Of a stretch of 64,000 nucleotides of DNA, positions 30,419 through 38,857 are shown piece after piece. The stretch covers positions 32,001-96,000 of the forward strand of contig CBDCXM010000009.1 in the NCBI GenBank assembly GCA_965223855.1. The letters run 5' to 3'. Below the pieces are notes generated by a model, which ran no database searches, was not told the DNA's origin, and worked only from the letters and a program-made list of their open reading frames with translations. The position numbers and the translations under genes are program-made. Source of the DNA: Candidatus Multivoradales bacterium. Its GTDB lineage: Bacteria > Acidobacteriota > Thermoanaerobaculia > Multivoradales > JAHEKO01. Numbering within the stretch: position 1 is the first letter of the stretch; each line of letters starts with the position of its first letter.

Positions 30419-31960
30419 ATGCCGTTCGAGCCCGCGGAACGCTTCAACGTCGCCCACTACTTTCTCGACGCTCGCGTCGAGGAGGGGCACGGTGACCGAG
30501 CGGCCGTGACCCTCGGCGAGGAGACCCTGAGCTACGCTCAGGTGCAGTCGCTCGCCAACCGCTACGCCAACGCGCTGCGGCAGCTCGATGTCAGGCCGCG
30601 GGAGCGGGTGATGATCGCGCTCCCGGACGGCTTCGAGTGGGTCGGAGCGTTCTTCGGGGTCCTCAAGAGCGGGGCGGTCGTCGTGATGGTCAACCCGGGC
30701 CTCAAGGAGGACAACCTCACCCGGCTCTTCGACTACGTCAACCCACGCTGGGTGATTCTCGACGGCGAGGTCGCCGGGCGATTCACCGCCGCCGCCGGGG
30801 AGGCCCTCGACCCACCGACCCTCCTCGATGTCGGCCAGGGTGTGCTGGCGGAAGCTCTGGAGACCGCCCCGGAAGCGTTCGAGAACTACCCGACTCACCG
30901 GGACGACCCGGCGATCTGGCTCTTTTCGGGGGGCACCACCGGGCTGCCCAAGGGGGTCGTCCAGAGCCACACCTCGTTCGCCAACACGACCGAGCTCTAC
31001 GCCAAGGGAGCGGTCGGCTACGGGCCCGACGACGTCACGCTGTCCGTGCCGAAGCTCTACTTCGGCTACGCCACCGGGTCGAACCTGCTCTTCCCGTTCG
31101 CCGTCGGCGCTCGTGTGGTGCTCTTCCCCGAGCATCCGACCGCCGAGCGGCTGTTCGAGCTGATCGAGCGCCACCGCCCGACGATCCTCGTCAACGTGCC
31201 GACGATGGTGAACCAGATGGTCTCTCACGAAGCGGCCGATCACAGCGACCTGTCCTCGCTCCGGTTCGCCACATCGGCCGGTGAGGCGCTGCCGATCCCA
31301 CTCTACGAGGCGTGGAAGGAGCGCTTCGGGGTCGAACTGCTGGACGGTCTCGGCACCGCCGAGATGTGGCACATCTTCGTCACCAATCGCCCCGACGACG
31401 TGCGGCCGGGCACCCTGGGCCGGGCGGTCGAGGGGTTCGAGATCGACGTGCGCGACGACGACGGGCGCACGGTTCCGCCGGGCGAGCCGGGCAAGATGTG
31501 GGTGCGCGGCAACTCGCGCGCCATCGGCTACTGGCGCAACGCCCGGCGCAATCACGAGGCGTTCCACGGCGACTGGTTCGTCGGCGGCGACCTCGTGTCC
31601 CGCGACGCCGACGGCTACATCACCTACTGCGGGCGCGGCGACGACGTGCTCAAGGTCGGCGGCAAGTGGCTGGCGCCCCAGGAGGTCGAGAGCTGCCTGC
31701 TGCGCCATGAGGCGGTTCGCGAGTGTGCCGTCGTCGGTGTGGAGAACGCCGAGGGGCTCACCAAGCCGGTCGCCTTCGTCCGCTGCACAGCGTCGCGAGA
31801 CGATCTCCCGGACGAGCTCAAGCAGCACGTTCTCGACCGGCTCGACGCCTACAAGCACCCGCGGCAGGTGGTCGTGCTGGAGGAGTTCCCGCGCACCCAC
31901 CTGGGCAAGGTCGATCGCGGAGCGCTCAAGAGCATGGCCCGAGAGTCGCTCGGCGACTGA
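30419..31960 (+). CDS. Benzoate/aminobenzoate-CoA ligase family
   Basis: WLFSGGTTGLPKG, KLYFGYATG, DGLGTAEMWHIF, GRGDDVLKVGG. Confidence 0.88.
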   Translation: MPFEPAERFNVAHYFLDARVEEGHGDRAAVTLGEETLSYAQVQSLANRYANALRQLDVRPRERVMIALPDGFEWVGAFFGVLKSGAVVVMVNPGLKEDNLTRLFDYVNPRWVILDGEVAGRFTAAAGEALDPPTLLDVGQGVLAEALETAPEAFENYPTHRDDPAIWLFSGGTTGLPKGVVQSHTSFANTTELYAKGAVGYGPDDVTLSVPKLYFGYATGSNLLFPFAVGARVVLFPEHPTAERLFELIERHRPTILVNVPTMVNQMVSHEAADHSDLSSLRFATSAGEALPIPLYEAWKERFGVELLDGLGTAEMWHIFVTNRPDDVRPGTLGRAVEGFEIDVRDDDGRTVPPGEPGKMWVRGNSRAIGYWRNARRNHEAFHGDWFVGGDLVSRDADGYITYCGRGDDVLKVGGKWLAPQEVESCLLRHEAVRECAVVGVENAEGLTKPVAFVRCTASRDDLPDELKQHVLDRLDAYKHPRQVVVLEEFPRTHLGKVDRGALKSMARESLGD

Positions 31961-31997
31961 AGAACCGCCCGGGCCCCGAGCTCGTAAAGGAGACGAG

Positions 31998-32549
31998 ATG
32001 CGACGAATCCTCCCGCTGTCGATCCTCCTCGCCCTCTCCATCGGCACGCTCCTGGCGCCGGCGGTCGCCCTTGCCGACTCCGATGGGGTCCGATCCGAAG
32101 TGGCCGCCTCCGAAGTACTCGACTTCACTGCCACCGCCCTCGACGGCAGCGAGTTCGATCTCTCGACCCTCGCCGGCAGGGTGGTGCTTCTCGACTTCTG
32201 GGGCACGTGGTGCGCACCGTGCATCCACGCCTTCCCCAAGCTCAACCGCCTGCACGAGGAGTTCGGCGACCGGCTGACCGTGGTCGGCCTCGCCTTCTAC
32301 TCGGGGGAGATCGACACCCTCGCCGGCTTCGTCGCGGAGCACGACCTCGGCTACACCGTCCTCGCCGGCGCCGAGGAGAGCCTGGGACGCTTCGAGATCC
32401 TCGCCTTCCCGAGCTACGTGCTCGTCTCAGCGGAGGGTGAGGTCCTGTGGCGCCACGCCGGCCAGGCACCCGACCTCTACGAGCGGGTCGCCGCCCTCAT
32501 GAACGGCGCCGGAGCGGCTCAGGCGCCGGCCGTCGCCAGCGCCGACTGA
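31998..32549 (+). CDS. TlpA/ResA-like exported thiol-disulfide oxidoreductase
   Basis: AAGGAG RBS, signal peptide, LLDFWGTWCAPC. Confidence 0.88.
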   Translation: MRRILPLSILLALSIGTLLAPAVALADSDGVRSEVAASEVLDFTATALDGSEFDLSTLAGRVVLLDFWGTWCAPCIHAFPKLNRLHEEFGDRLTVVGLAFYSGEIDTLAGFVAEHDLGYTVLAGAEESLGRFEILAFPSYVLVSAEGEVLWRHAGQAPDLYERVAALMNGAGAAQAPAVASAD

Positions 32550-32998
32550 TACTCGACCAGTCGCTCCCGCAGCCAGTCGGGGATCACCGTCTTCTCGAAG
32601 CTGTCGAGATCGATGTTGACGGTCGCCACTCGGCCGGTGGCGTGGATCGCATCCGAGCCACGGGTGTAGACGGTGTAGTTCCAGATGACCGACGTCGTGC
32701 CGATCTTCTCGATCCGCACCTCGATCTCGACGTAGTCGCCGTAGCGCAGCGGCACCCTGAAGTCGACCTCGAGATGGACCGTCGGATGGCCGAGCCGGTG
32801 ATCGTTCATCACCTGCGGATAGTCGATCCCGACGACGTCGCGGAAGAACTGCTCCATCGCGACATGGAAGTAGTGGATGAAGCGCGGGTAGTAGACGATC
32901 CGCGCCTGGTCGATGTCGCCGAACTGGACCTCGAGATGGGCGCGATAGGGACGCGTGGCAGAGGAGACGTCGAAGGTCTCGGACTCGACTTCTGGCAT
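32519..32998 (-). CDS. 4-hydroxybenzoyl-CoA-type (hotdog) thioesterase
   Basis: VQFGDIDQARIVYYPRF, VDFRVPLRYGD. Confidence 0.88.
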   Translation of the reverse strand: MPEVESETFDVSSATRPYRAHLEVQFGDIDQARIVYYPRFIHYFHVAMEQFFRDVVGIDYPQVMNDHRLGHPTVHLEVDFRVPLRYGDYVEIEVRIEKIGTTSVIWNYTVYTRGSDAIHATGRVATVNIDLDSFEKTVIPDWLRERLVEYQSALATAGA

Positions 32999-33036
32999 CC
33001 GCGGATTCTAATGCCGCAGCGATCCGGACAGCGGAG

Positions 33037-33555
33037 CTAGACCGGCTCGATCGGCGGAGCCTTCCCCGAATCGGTGCTCCCCGACTCGTCGGACTCGAGA
33101 CCGGCCGCGCCACGGATGGCGGCACACAGGGGGTGCGGCTCGTCGGTGCCGATGCGGAACGCCTTGCCGCTCGCCAGCTCCACCTCGACGGCGTCGAGAC
33201 CGGAGACGTTCCACATCCAGCCGCGGGGAGTCAGCCGGATGCCGAACCCCCACCACCACGAGTTGCGCACCGGCGCCGCTACACGGATCTCCCCGGTCGG
33301 GATCTCCTTGCGCGGCCAGCCCGGGCCGAAGGCGAGACGAACCCGGGATGGATCGACCGACACCTCGAGCGAGCCGAAGACCCAGAGGACGAGAGTGATG
33401 AGAACCAGGAGCAACAGGAAGCTCCACACCATCGCCGCACGCGCTTCCGGTATCGCCAGAGCGAGCCCGAAGAAGACGAAGCTCTCGATGGCGATGATGA
33501 CGGCGAGGAACTTCCTCATCGCCCAACCGTGCTGCCGATGACGGTAGCGCTCCAT
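33037..33555 (-). CDS. Two-TM membrane protein with a PH-like C-terminal domain
   Basis: YRHRQ, two TMs, WWWGFGIR...WNVSGLDAVEV...RIGTDEP. Confidence 0.75.
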   Translation of the reverse strand: MERYRHRQHGWAMRKFLAVIIAIESFVFFGLALAIPEARAAMVWSFLLLLVLITLVLWVFGSLEVSVDPSRVRLAFGPGWPRKEIPTGEIRVAAPVRNSWWWGFGIRLTPRGWMWNVSGLDAVEVELASGKAFRIGTDEPHPLCAAIRGAAGLESDESGSTDSGKAPPIEPV

Positions 33556-33679
33556 GGTCCTGCCTACTCTACGTCCGGGCCGTACCGACTCTTCCGCGGA
33601 TCTCCTGGCCGCCCGATTCCATGCCCGATTCCAGTACCCGGTCCCACGGCTGCCCGATCTCCAATGGCACAATAGTTCC

Positions 33680-35032
33680 ATGTCGAAGCGAGGACGGAAC
33701 CCGGCGGCGCTCGCCCTTGTTGCGATCCTCCTTTCGGCGGCACCCGGTCAAGCCGAGGAAGTCTCCCTGCCCGCAGAGGACCTGGTGCGTCGCCTGCGAA
33801 GCGCCCGGATCGCCGGCATCGAAGGCGACCAGCAGCGACAACTCTCCATCCTCCGGAACGCAATCGAGGCCTATCCGGGAGAAATCCTGCCCCTCCACGC
33901 GCTGCTCGAAGTCCACCGCAGGGAGCCGCTGCCCGTCGGAGAGTTCGAACGCACCCGCAGCGAGCTCTCACGCCGTCTCGCCGATGCCGACACCCCCCTG
34001 CCCACAGGGGTCTTGACCCTGATGGCCACCGACCCGGAAGCCGACACCGAGCTGCAGCGGGAGGTTGCCGCCTATGTCGCCGGCAGACTCGAGCGCGACC
34101 CTCCTGACCGGATCGATCTCCTCGACCTCCAGGCGGCACTACAGATCGAGTTCGAGGATCTGGAAGGCGCCCGCGACACCCTGCGCGCCCGCGCCGATCT
34201 CGAGCCCGCCTTCGACGTCCTGCTCGATCTCTACGGTCTCCACTGGCAGCTGGAGGAGTGGGACGAGGCGATCGAGGTGTTCCACCGCCTGCCGCTGGAA
34301 GAGGACCTTCAGATCCCGCTCATCCAGGTGAGGCTGCTCGCCCGTGCCGGGCGATGGGACGAGATGACGGCGTTCCTGGAAGCCGAGCTGGCCGAGGAGG
34401 AGCTGACGTCGGCCTGGATCGACGCCTGGAGGCGAATCCTCAAGACGATCGCCTGGGACGCCTACGACGCCGACCGCATCGAACTCGCCCGGTCGCTCTT
34501 CACGAGAGCCGCGGCGATGGCCGAAGAGGGCGAAACCCTCGAGGAGACGATGGTGCACCTCTTCGGCTCGGCCGAGGAGAGAGTCGCCTACGCGGCGGGG
34601 GCCGCCGACCGCTACGCCTCCGAGGAAGATCCGCGGACTCTCTTCGACGGCGGCACCGACCTTCTTGCCGCCGGAGACCATCAGGGGGCCTTCGAGCTGC
34701 TCGCTCGCGCGGCACCCGACCTGCCGGACCTCGAGGCGGCCTGGTACAACCTCGGCATGGCCGCCTACCAGATCGAGGCGTGGCGCGAAGCGGCCGACGC
34801 CTTCGCCCGCGCCTCGGAGCTCAACCCGGGGCGCCCCGACTCCCACTTCTTCGCCGGCATGGCCGCCTACAGCCTCGACGAGCCCGGTGCCTGCGTCACG
34901 GGGCTCAGGACGGCCCTGGAGCTCGGCGACGAGCGACGGCTGCTTCACTACTATCTTGCCGCCTGCCTCACCCGCCTCGGCGACCTCGACGCCGCAGCCC
35001 ACCACAAGCGGCTCTACGAGGCGGGCCAGTAG
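33680..35032 (+). CDS. Exported TPR-repeat protein
   Basis: Signal peptide. AAWYNLGMAAY...AFARASELNP, SHFFAGMAAY repeats. Confidence 0.8.
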   Translation: MSKRGRNPAALALVAILLSAAPGQAEEVSLPAEDLVRRLRSARIAGIEGDQQRQLSILRNAIEAYPGEILPLHALLEVHRREPLPVGEFERTRSELSRRLADADTPLPTGVLTLMATDPEADTELQREVAAYVAGRLERDPPDRIDLLDLQAALQIEFEDLEGARDTLRARADLEPAFDVLLDLYGLHWQLEEWDEAIEVFHRLPLEEDLQIPLIQVRLLARAGRWDEMTAFLEAELAEEELTSAWIDAWRRILKTIAWDAYDADRIELARSLFTRAAAMAEEGETLEETMVHLFGSAEERVAYAAGAADRYASEEDPRTLFDGGTDLLAAGDHQGAFELLARAAPDLPDLEAAWYNLGMAAYQIEAWREAADAFARASELNPGRPDSHFFAGMAAYSLDEPGACVTGLRTALELGDERRLLHYYLAACLTRLGDLDAAAHHKRLYEAGQ

Positions 35033-35048
35033 GGCGAGCGCACGGGCG

Positions 35049-36407
35049 TCAGAACTTGCGCACGTACTCGATGAAGCCTTCCTCGAGCTCAGCGAGCGGG
35101 CGACGATGCGAGGCCGCGAGCGCCTCGACTCCCGGATAGCCCTCTGCGAGGTAGAGCACCAGCGTCGGGAAGTTCTCCTTCTCCCACGCCGGATCGCCGT
35201 GCCGCAGGTAGTGCACCAGCAGCCACGAGGTGCCGTAGTAGAGGCTGGCGCGATCGCCGTAGAAGGTCGAGGGGTCGGAAGAGACGACTTCCTCCAGAGT
35301 CAGTCCCTGCTGGGTGCGGATCGCCTTCTTGACGCCCTCGAGATCCCAGCCGGTCCCGGTGGTCCGGTTGACCACTTCGCCGTGAGCCATGACGAACTCT
35401 CTGCGGGTCGACTTGCCCGGGATGAGCTCGCCCTTGCGCACGGTCGAGTTGCCCATGTACTCGGCGAAGCCCTCCTCCATCCAGCGGGGAAAAGCGCGAC
35501 CCGGCCTGGCGAGCATGCGGTCGGAGTAGGCGTGCGTCGCCTCGTGAATCAGCATGCTCAGGAGCGTCTCCGACGGCATGTCGAGATGCGAGACGAGGAT
35601 GCCTGGAGCCAGGTAGGTGGCGTTCTGCCCCCCTTCGCCGATCAGCTGCTGCCGCATGGAGTAGTAGGCGCCACGGCTCGAGTACAGGTAGACCAGCACC
35701 TTCAGGTCGTTCGGGTACGGCTCGATCGCCGGCTCCAGAACCCTGCCGACGGCGTGGAGCGACGCCTCGAGGTTGCCGGCGACGATCTCGGCGAGTTTCG
35801 GCACCGTCGAGTCGGTGACGACCAGGAACCTCGGGCTCGACGCCTCGCTACGGGTGGCGGACGAGATGTAGGTCTCCGCGGTCTTCGAGTAGTTGACGAG
35901 GATCTTCTCCCGCGCCTCCCTGGGCAGAGCCAGCAGGCTCGCCTGCTGGGCGGCCAGCACCCGCATCCGCACGATCGACGGCGGCAGCGACGGCTGTTCG
36001 GGAGCGATACCGCCCACCGACTCCGCCCTTCGGGGCTGGAGCTGGACGATCCAGTCGAGCGTCGCCTCGACGGGCACACCCCCCTCGAGCGCAGGCGCGT
36101 AGCGCCACGACCGCAGTTCCGACTCGACCGACTCGCGAATCGCCGCGTCGTACTCGGTCGAAGGGGTGACCGACTCGACCTCGGCCACGGTCACCCGCCC
36201 CCTGGCGTCGATCGTCACTCTCACCTTGACCTCGGGAGCGAGGTCGCTGCCCGACGCCTCGAGGGGCGACAGCAGCAGCGAGTCCCGGAGCAGGATCGGC
36301 CCCAGGTCCTGGGCGGGCGCTACCGAAGTGGTGAAACCCGCCAGCAGCAGCGCCGACCGGAACAGGGCCGAGCGGAACTGGGCCGACGGTAGCGCACGAC
36401 GACTCAT
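35049..36407 (-). CDS. Exported TonB-C-like domain fused to an HExxH metallopeptidase-like (DUF1570/MA-like) domain
   Basis: VKVRVTIDARGRV...WRYAPALEGGVPV, then LIHEATH...PRWMEEGFAEY and YGTSWLLVHYL. Confidence 0.75.
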   Translation of the reverse strand: MSRRALPSAQFRSALFRSALLLAGFTTSVAPAQDLGPILLRDSLLLSPLEASGSDLAPEVKVRVTIDARGRVTVAEVESVTPSTEYDAAIRESVESELRSWRYAPALEGGVPVEATLDWIVQLQPRRAESVGGIAPEQPSLPPSIVRMRVLAAQQASLLALPREAREKILVNYSKTAETYISSATRSEASSPRFLVVTDSTVPKLAEIVAGNLEASLHAVGRVLEPAIEPYPNDLKVLVYLYSSRGAYYSMRQQLIGEGGQNATYLAPGILVSHLDMPSETLLSMLIHEATHAYSDRMLARPGRAFPRWMEEGFAEYMGNSTVRKGELIPGKSTRREFVMAHGEVVNRTTGTGWDLEGVKKAIRTQQGLTLEEVVSSDPSTFYGDRASLYYGTSWLLVHYLRHGDPAWEKENFPTLVLYLAEGYPGVEALAASHRRPLAELEEGFIEYVRKF

Positions 36408-36465
36408 CGTCGATCGAGCATAGCCGAAGCGGCGCCTGCCGCCGCCGCTGCTCCGGATCCGGTGC

Positions 36466-38778
36466 TCAGAGAATCCAGGCGTAGCCGAGCTTGACGAAGA
36501 ACGTGCGGTCGGTCTCCGTCAGGTCGATCCCCTGGAGCCCGAGCCGGTTGTTCGTATAGCCGGCGAAGAGCACCGTCTGGGCGTTGAGCTTGTAGGAGAA
36601 GAGCAGTTGCGAGAAGAGGCTCTCCGTCTGCGGCTCGACGTCGAAGTCGAAGAGCCCCGGATCTCGGTCGATCTGGCGGTGCTGGAGGATCGCCCGCACG
36701 AACGAGCGCACGTTGATGTTGTAGATCGCCCGCAGTTGGGACAGATCGGCGCGGAAGAGACGCCCTCCCTCGACGTCGAGCTCCTGGGTCGTGTGGTCGA
36801 TCTTCAGGTTCCAGTGGCGGCCGATCTTCGCCTCGACCGACGGCGAGAGCCGCAGCTGCTCGGCGCGCCGGTTGTTGGCGAAGTCGATCGTGTCGCCGGC
36901 GTTGACGAACATCTGGAACTTCGCCTTCCCGGTCGGCTGAATCTCGTAGTAGAGCTGCACGGAGTCGAGCTCGTCGTAGAGGATCCCCTGAAAGAACGTC
37001 TCGTTGCGATCCACCGAGATCTCGCCGAACGACTGCCGCGGTCCGCTGTAGTTGACCCACAGGTCGAACGACTCGTCGGTCAGACGACCGTCATCGTCCT
37101 CGGTACGCTGGAGGAAGAGACCGGCTTCCGAGCGGCTCCACCAGGTGTCGGTACCCTCCTGCGGGTACCAGCGCCGGATCACGACGCTGCGCGCCTCCCG
37201 CACGTCGACCCGCGACACGAAGCCGCTGTCGGCGCGAAAGTCCCGGTCATAGCTCTCGAGATCGACGAACCAGAGCCAGTTGCGGCCGAAGTGGTCGTAG
37301 CCGATCTCCCAGGCGGCTCCCGAGAACTCGCCGTCCGGCTGGCCGAAGGCGTCGGCAACCCCTCCCGGATAGTCGGTGTCGGAAGACAGGTACTGGAACG
37401 ACACCGTGTCCTGGTCGGAGAAGCGGAAAAAGCCGTCCAGCCCAGCCACCCGGTTGTGGTAGCCGTTCCCGTCGCGGGAGGTGAGGAGGGCCCCGAGGGT
37501 GGAGTTGTCGCCGACGTCGCGCCGGTAGCGAACGACCGCGGTGTCCGATCGCTCGTCGAGCAGCGCCTGCGCCGAGCCGCCGTTCGAGGGGAAGAGCAGA
37601 CTCGTCACCTCGTCGCGGGCGACGAACACCCCGAAGCCGTTGCGCCCCTCCTTGCCGGTCGCCTTGAGCCCCCATTCGGGATTGACCACGGTGCGCGTGA
37701 AGACGGCGTCGATCGGCGTCGAGAAGAAATCGATCCCTTCGAGGAAGAACGGCCGCTTCTCCGGGAAGAACAGCGCGAAGCGCTCGTTCACGGCCAGCTG
37801 AGCGACGTCGGCTTCGACCTGGGAGAAGTCCGGATTGACGGTGCCGACGAGCGACACGTTGGGGGTAATACCCCAACGCATCGTGAGGCCCGGCTCGGTA
37901 TCCGGATCGCCGGACTGGAGCGACCCTCCCGGGAAGGTGTCGATGGTGTCGGTCTGCGTCACGGTCAGTGTCGGGGAGAGTTCGAGGTTGCGCCCCGGCT
38001 CCACCCCCTCGAAACCGGTCACTTTGACGACCTGGCACAGGACGCAGCTCGCCCCGCGCTCGCGCGGATGCCCGGCGATACGGTGGCGCAGGCTGCGCGG
38101 ATAGGAGCGACCGACGTCGAACCCCCAGGTCTGCGCTTCGCCGGAACGCGGGAACCGAAGCTGGTTGAGGGGGATCCGAAGCTCGACGTTCCAGCCGCCG
38201 TCGTCGATCGAACCGGCGGAGTCCCAGATCATGTCGAACGAGAAGTCCTCGATGCCATCGACCTCGCTGAAGACCGCGTCCATCTGCACACCGAGTGGAT
38301 TGACCCGGAACTGAAAGCCGCGCCGCTCGTCGTTGAAGGTGTCGATGATGAGCACCACGTGGTCGTCCTGGACGAAAGTCGCCACCAGGTCGCGGTCCAT
38401 CAGGTGAGCGCGGATCGCCTCCGGCTCCGGGTCGTGGTTGCGGAAGGCGACGTAGAGCGCCTCGTCGTCGTAGGTGATGAACGCCTCGCTCGCCACCGGA
38501 GGGGCGACGTTGTCGCCGGGCGACCACTCGTAGAGGAGCGGGATCTCGAGAGCCTCGGCCCATGCAGGCTCGTCGAGCACGCCGTCGATCGTGATCGGAG
38601 ACGTGGCGCGCTCGACGCGGCCGGTCTTCATCACTTCGCCCGGAGCCCCTTGCGGCACGAGCGCCGCGACGGCCGCCGACACCAGCAGCCGTCGAAGCCA
38701 CCCTCCGTGATCTCCGCGGCGGCCCCTCAAGCGTGTCCCACAGCCAACTCTCCGCCCATCTGCCGAAGCCTCTCGCAT
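36466..38778 (-). CDS. CBM9-like plus DUF5916 outer-membrane protein
   Basis: ITIDGVLDEPAW, DTFNDERRGF, TVNPDFSQVEAD, EKRPFFLEG, C-terminal FFVKLGYAW. ATG 38778 has a GGAGG RBS. Confidence 0.82.
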   Translation of the reverse strand: MREASADGRRVGCGTRLRGRRGDHGGWLRRLLVSAAVAALVPQGAPGEVMKTGRVERATSPITIDGVLDEPAWAEALEIPLLYEWSPGDNVAPPVASEAFITYDDEALYVAFRNHDPEPEAIRAHLMDRDLVATFVQDDHVVLIIDTFNDERRGFQFRVNPLGVQMDAVFSEVDGIEDFSFDMIWDSAGSIDDGGWNVELRIPLNQLRFPRSGEAQTWGFDVGRSYPRSLRHRIAGHPRERGASCVLCQVVKVTGFEGVEPGRNLELSPTLTVTQTDTIDTFPGGSLQSGDPDTEPGLTMRWGITPNVSLVGTVNPDFSQVEADVAQLAVNERFALFFPEKRPFFLEGIDFFSTPIDAVFTRTVVNPEWGLKATGKEGRNGFGVFVARDEVTSLLFPSNGGSAQALLDERSDTAVVRYRRDVGDNSTLGALLTSRDGNGYHNRVAGLDGFFRFSDQDTVSFQYLSSDTDYPGGVADAFGQPDGEFSGAAWEIGYDHFGRNWLWFVDLESYDRDFRADSGFVSRVDVREARSVVIRRWYPQEGTDTWWSRSEAGLFLQRTEDDDGRLTDESFDLWVNYSGPRQSFGEISVDRNETFFQGILYDELDSVQLYYEIQPTGKAKFQMFVNAGDTIDFANNRRAEQLRLSPSVEAKIGRHWNLKIDHTTQELDVEGGRLFRADLSQLRAIYNINVRSFVRAILQHRQIDRDPGLFDFDVEPQTESLFSQLLFSYKLNAQTVLFAGYTNNRLGLQGIDLTETDRTFFVKLGYAWIL

Positions 38779-38857
38779 CTGTTCCCTCCGCGTACCGTTG
38801 CCGTGGGACAAGGTACGAAGAAGTTCGTCGAAGGTTTCCCGAACCGGCGGCCTTCGC

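Noticed and set aside
31987-32000. AAGGAGACGAGATG shared with 60022-60035
   Set aside because: SD and ATG explain most of the match, and it is too short to call a repeat.
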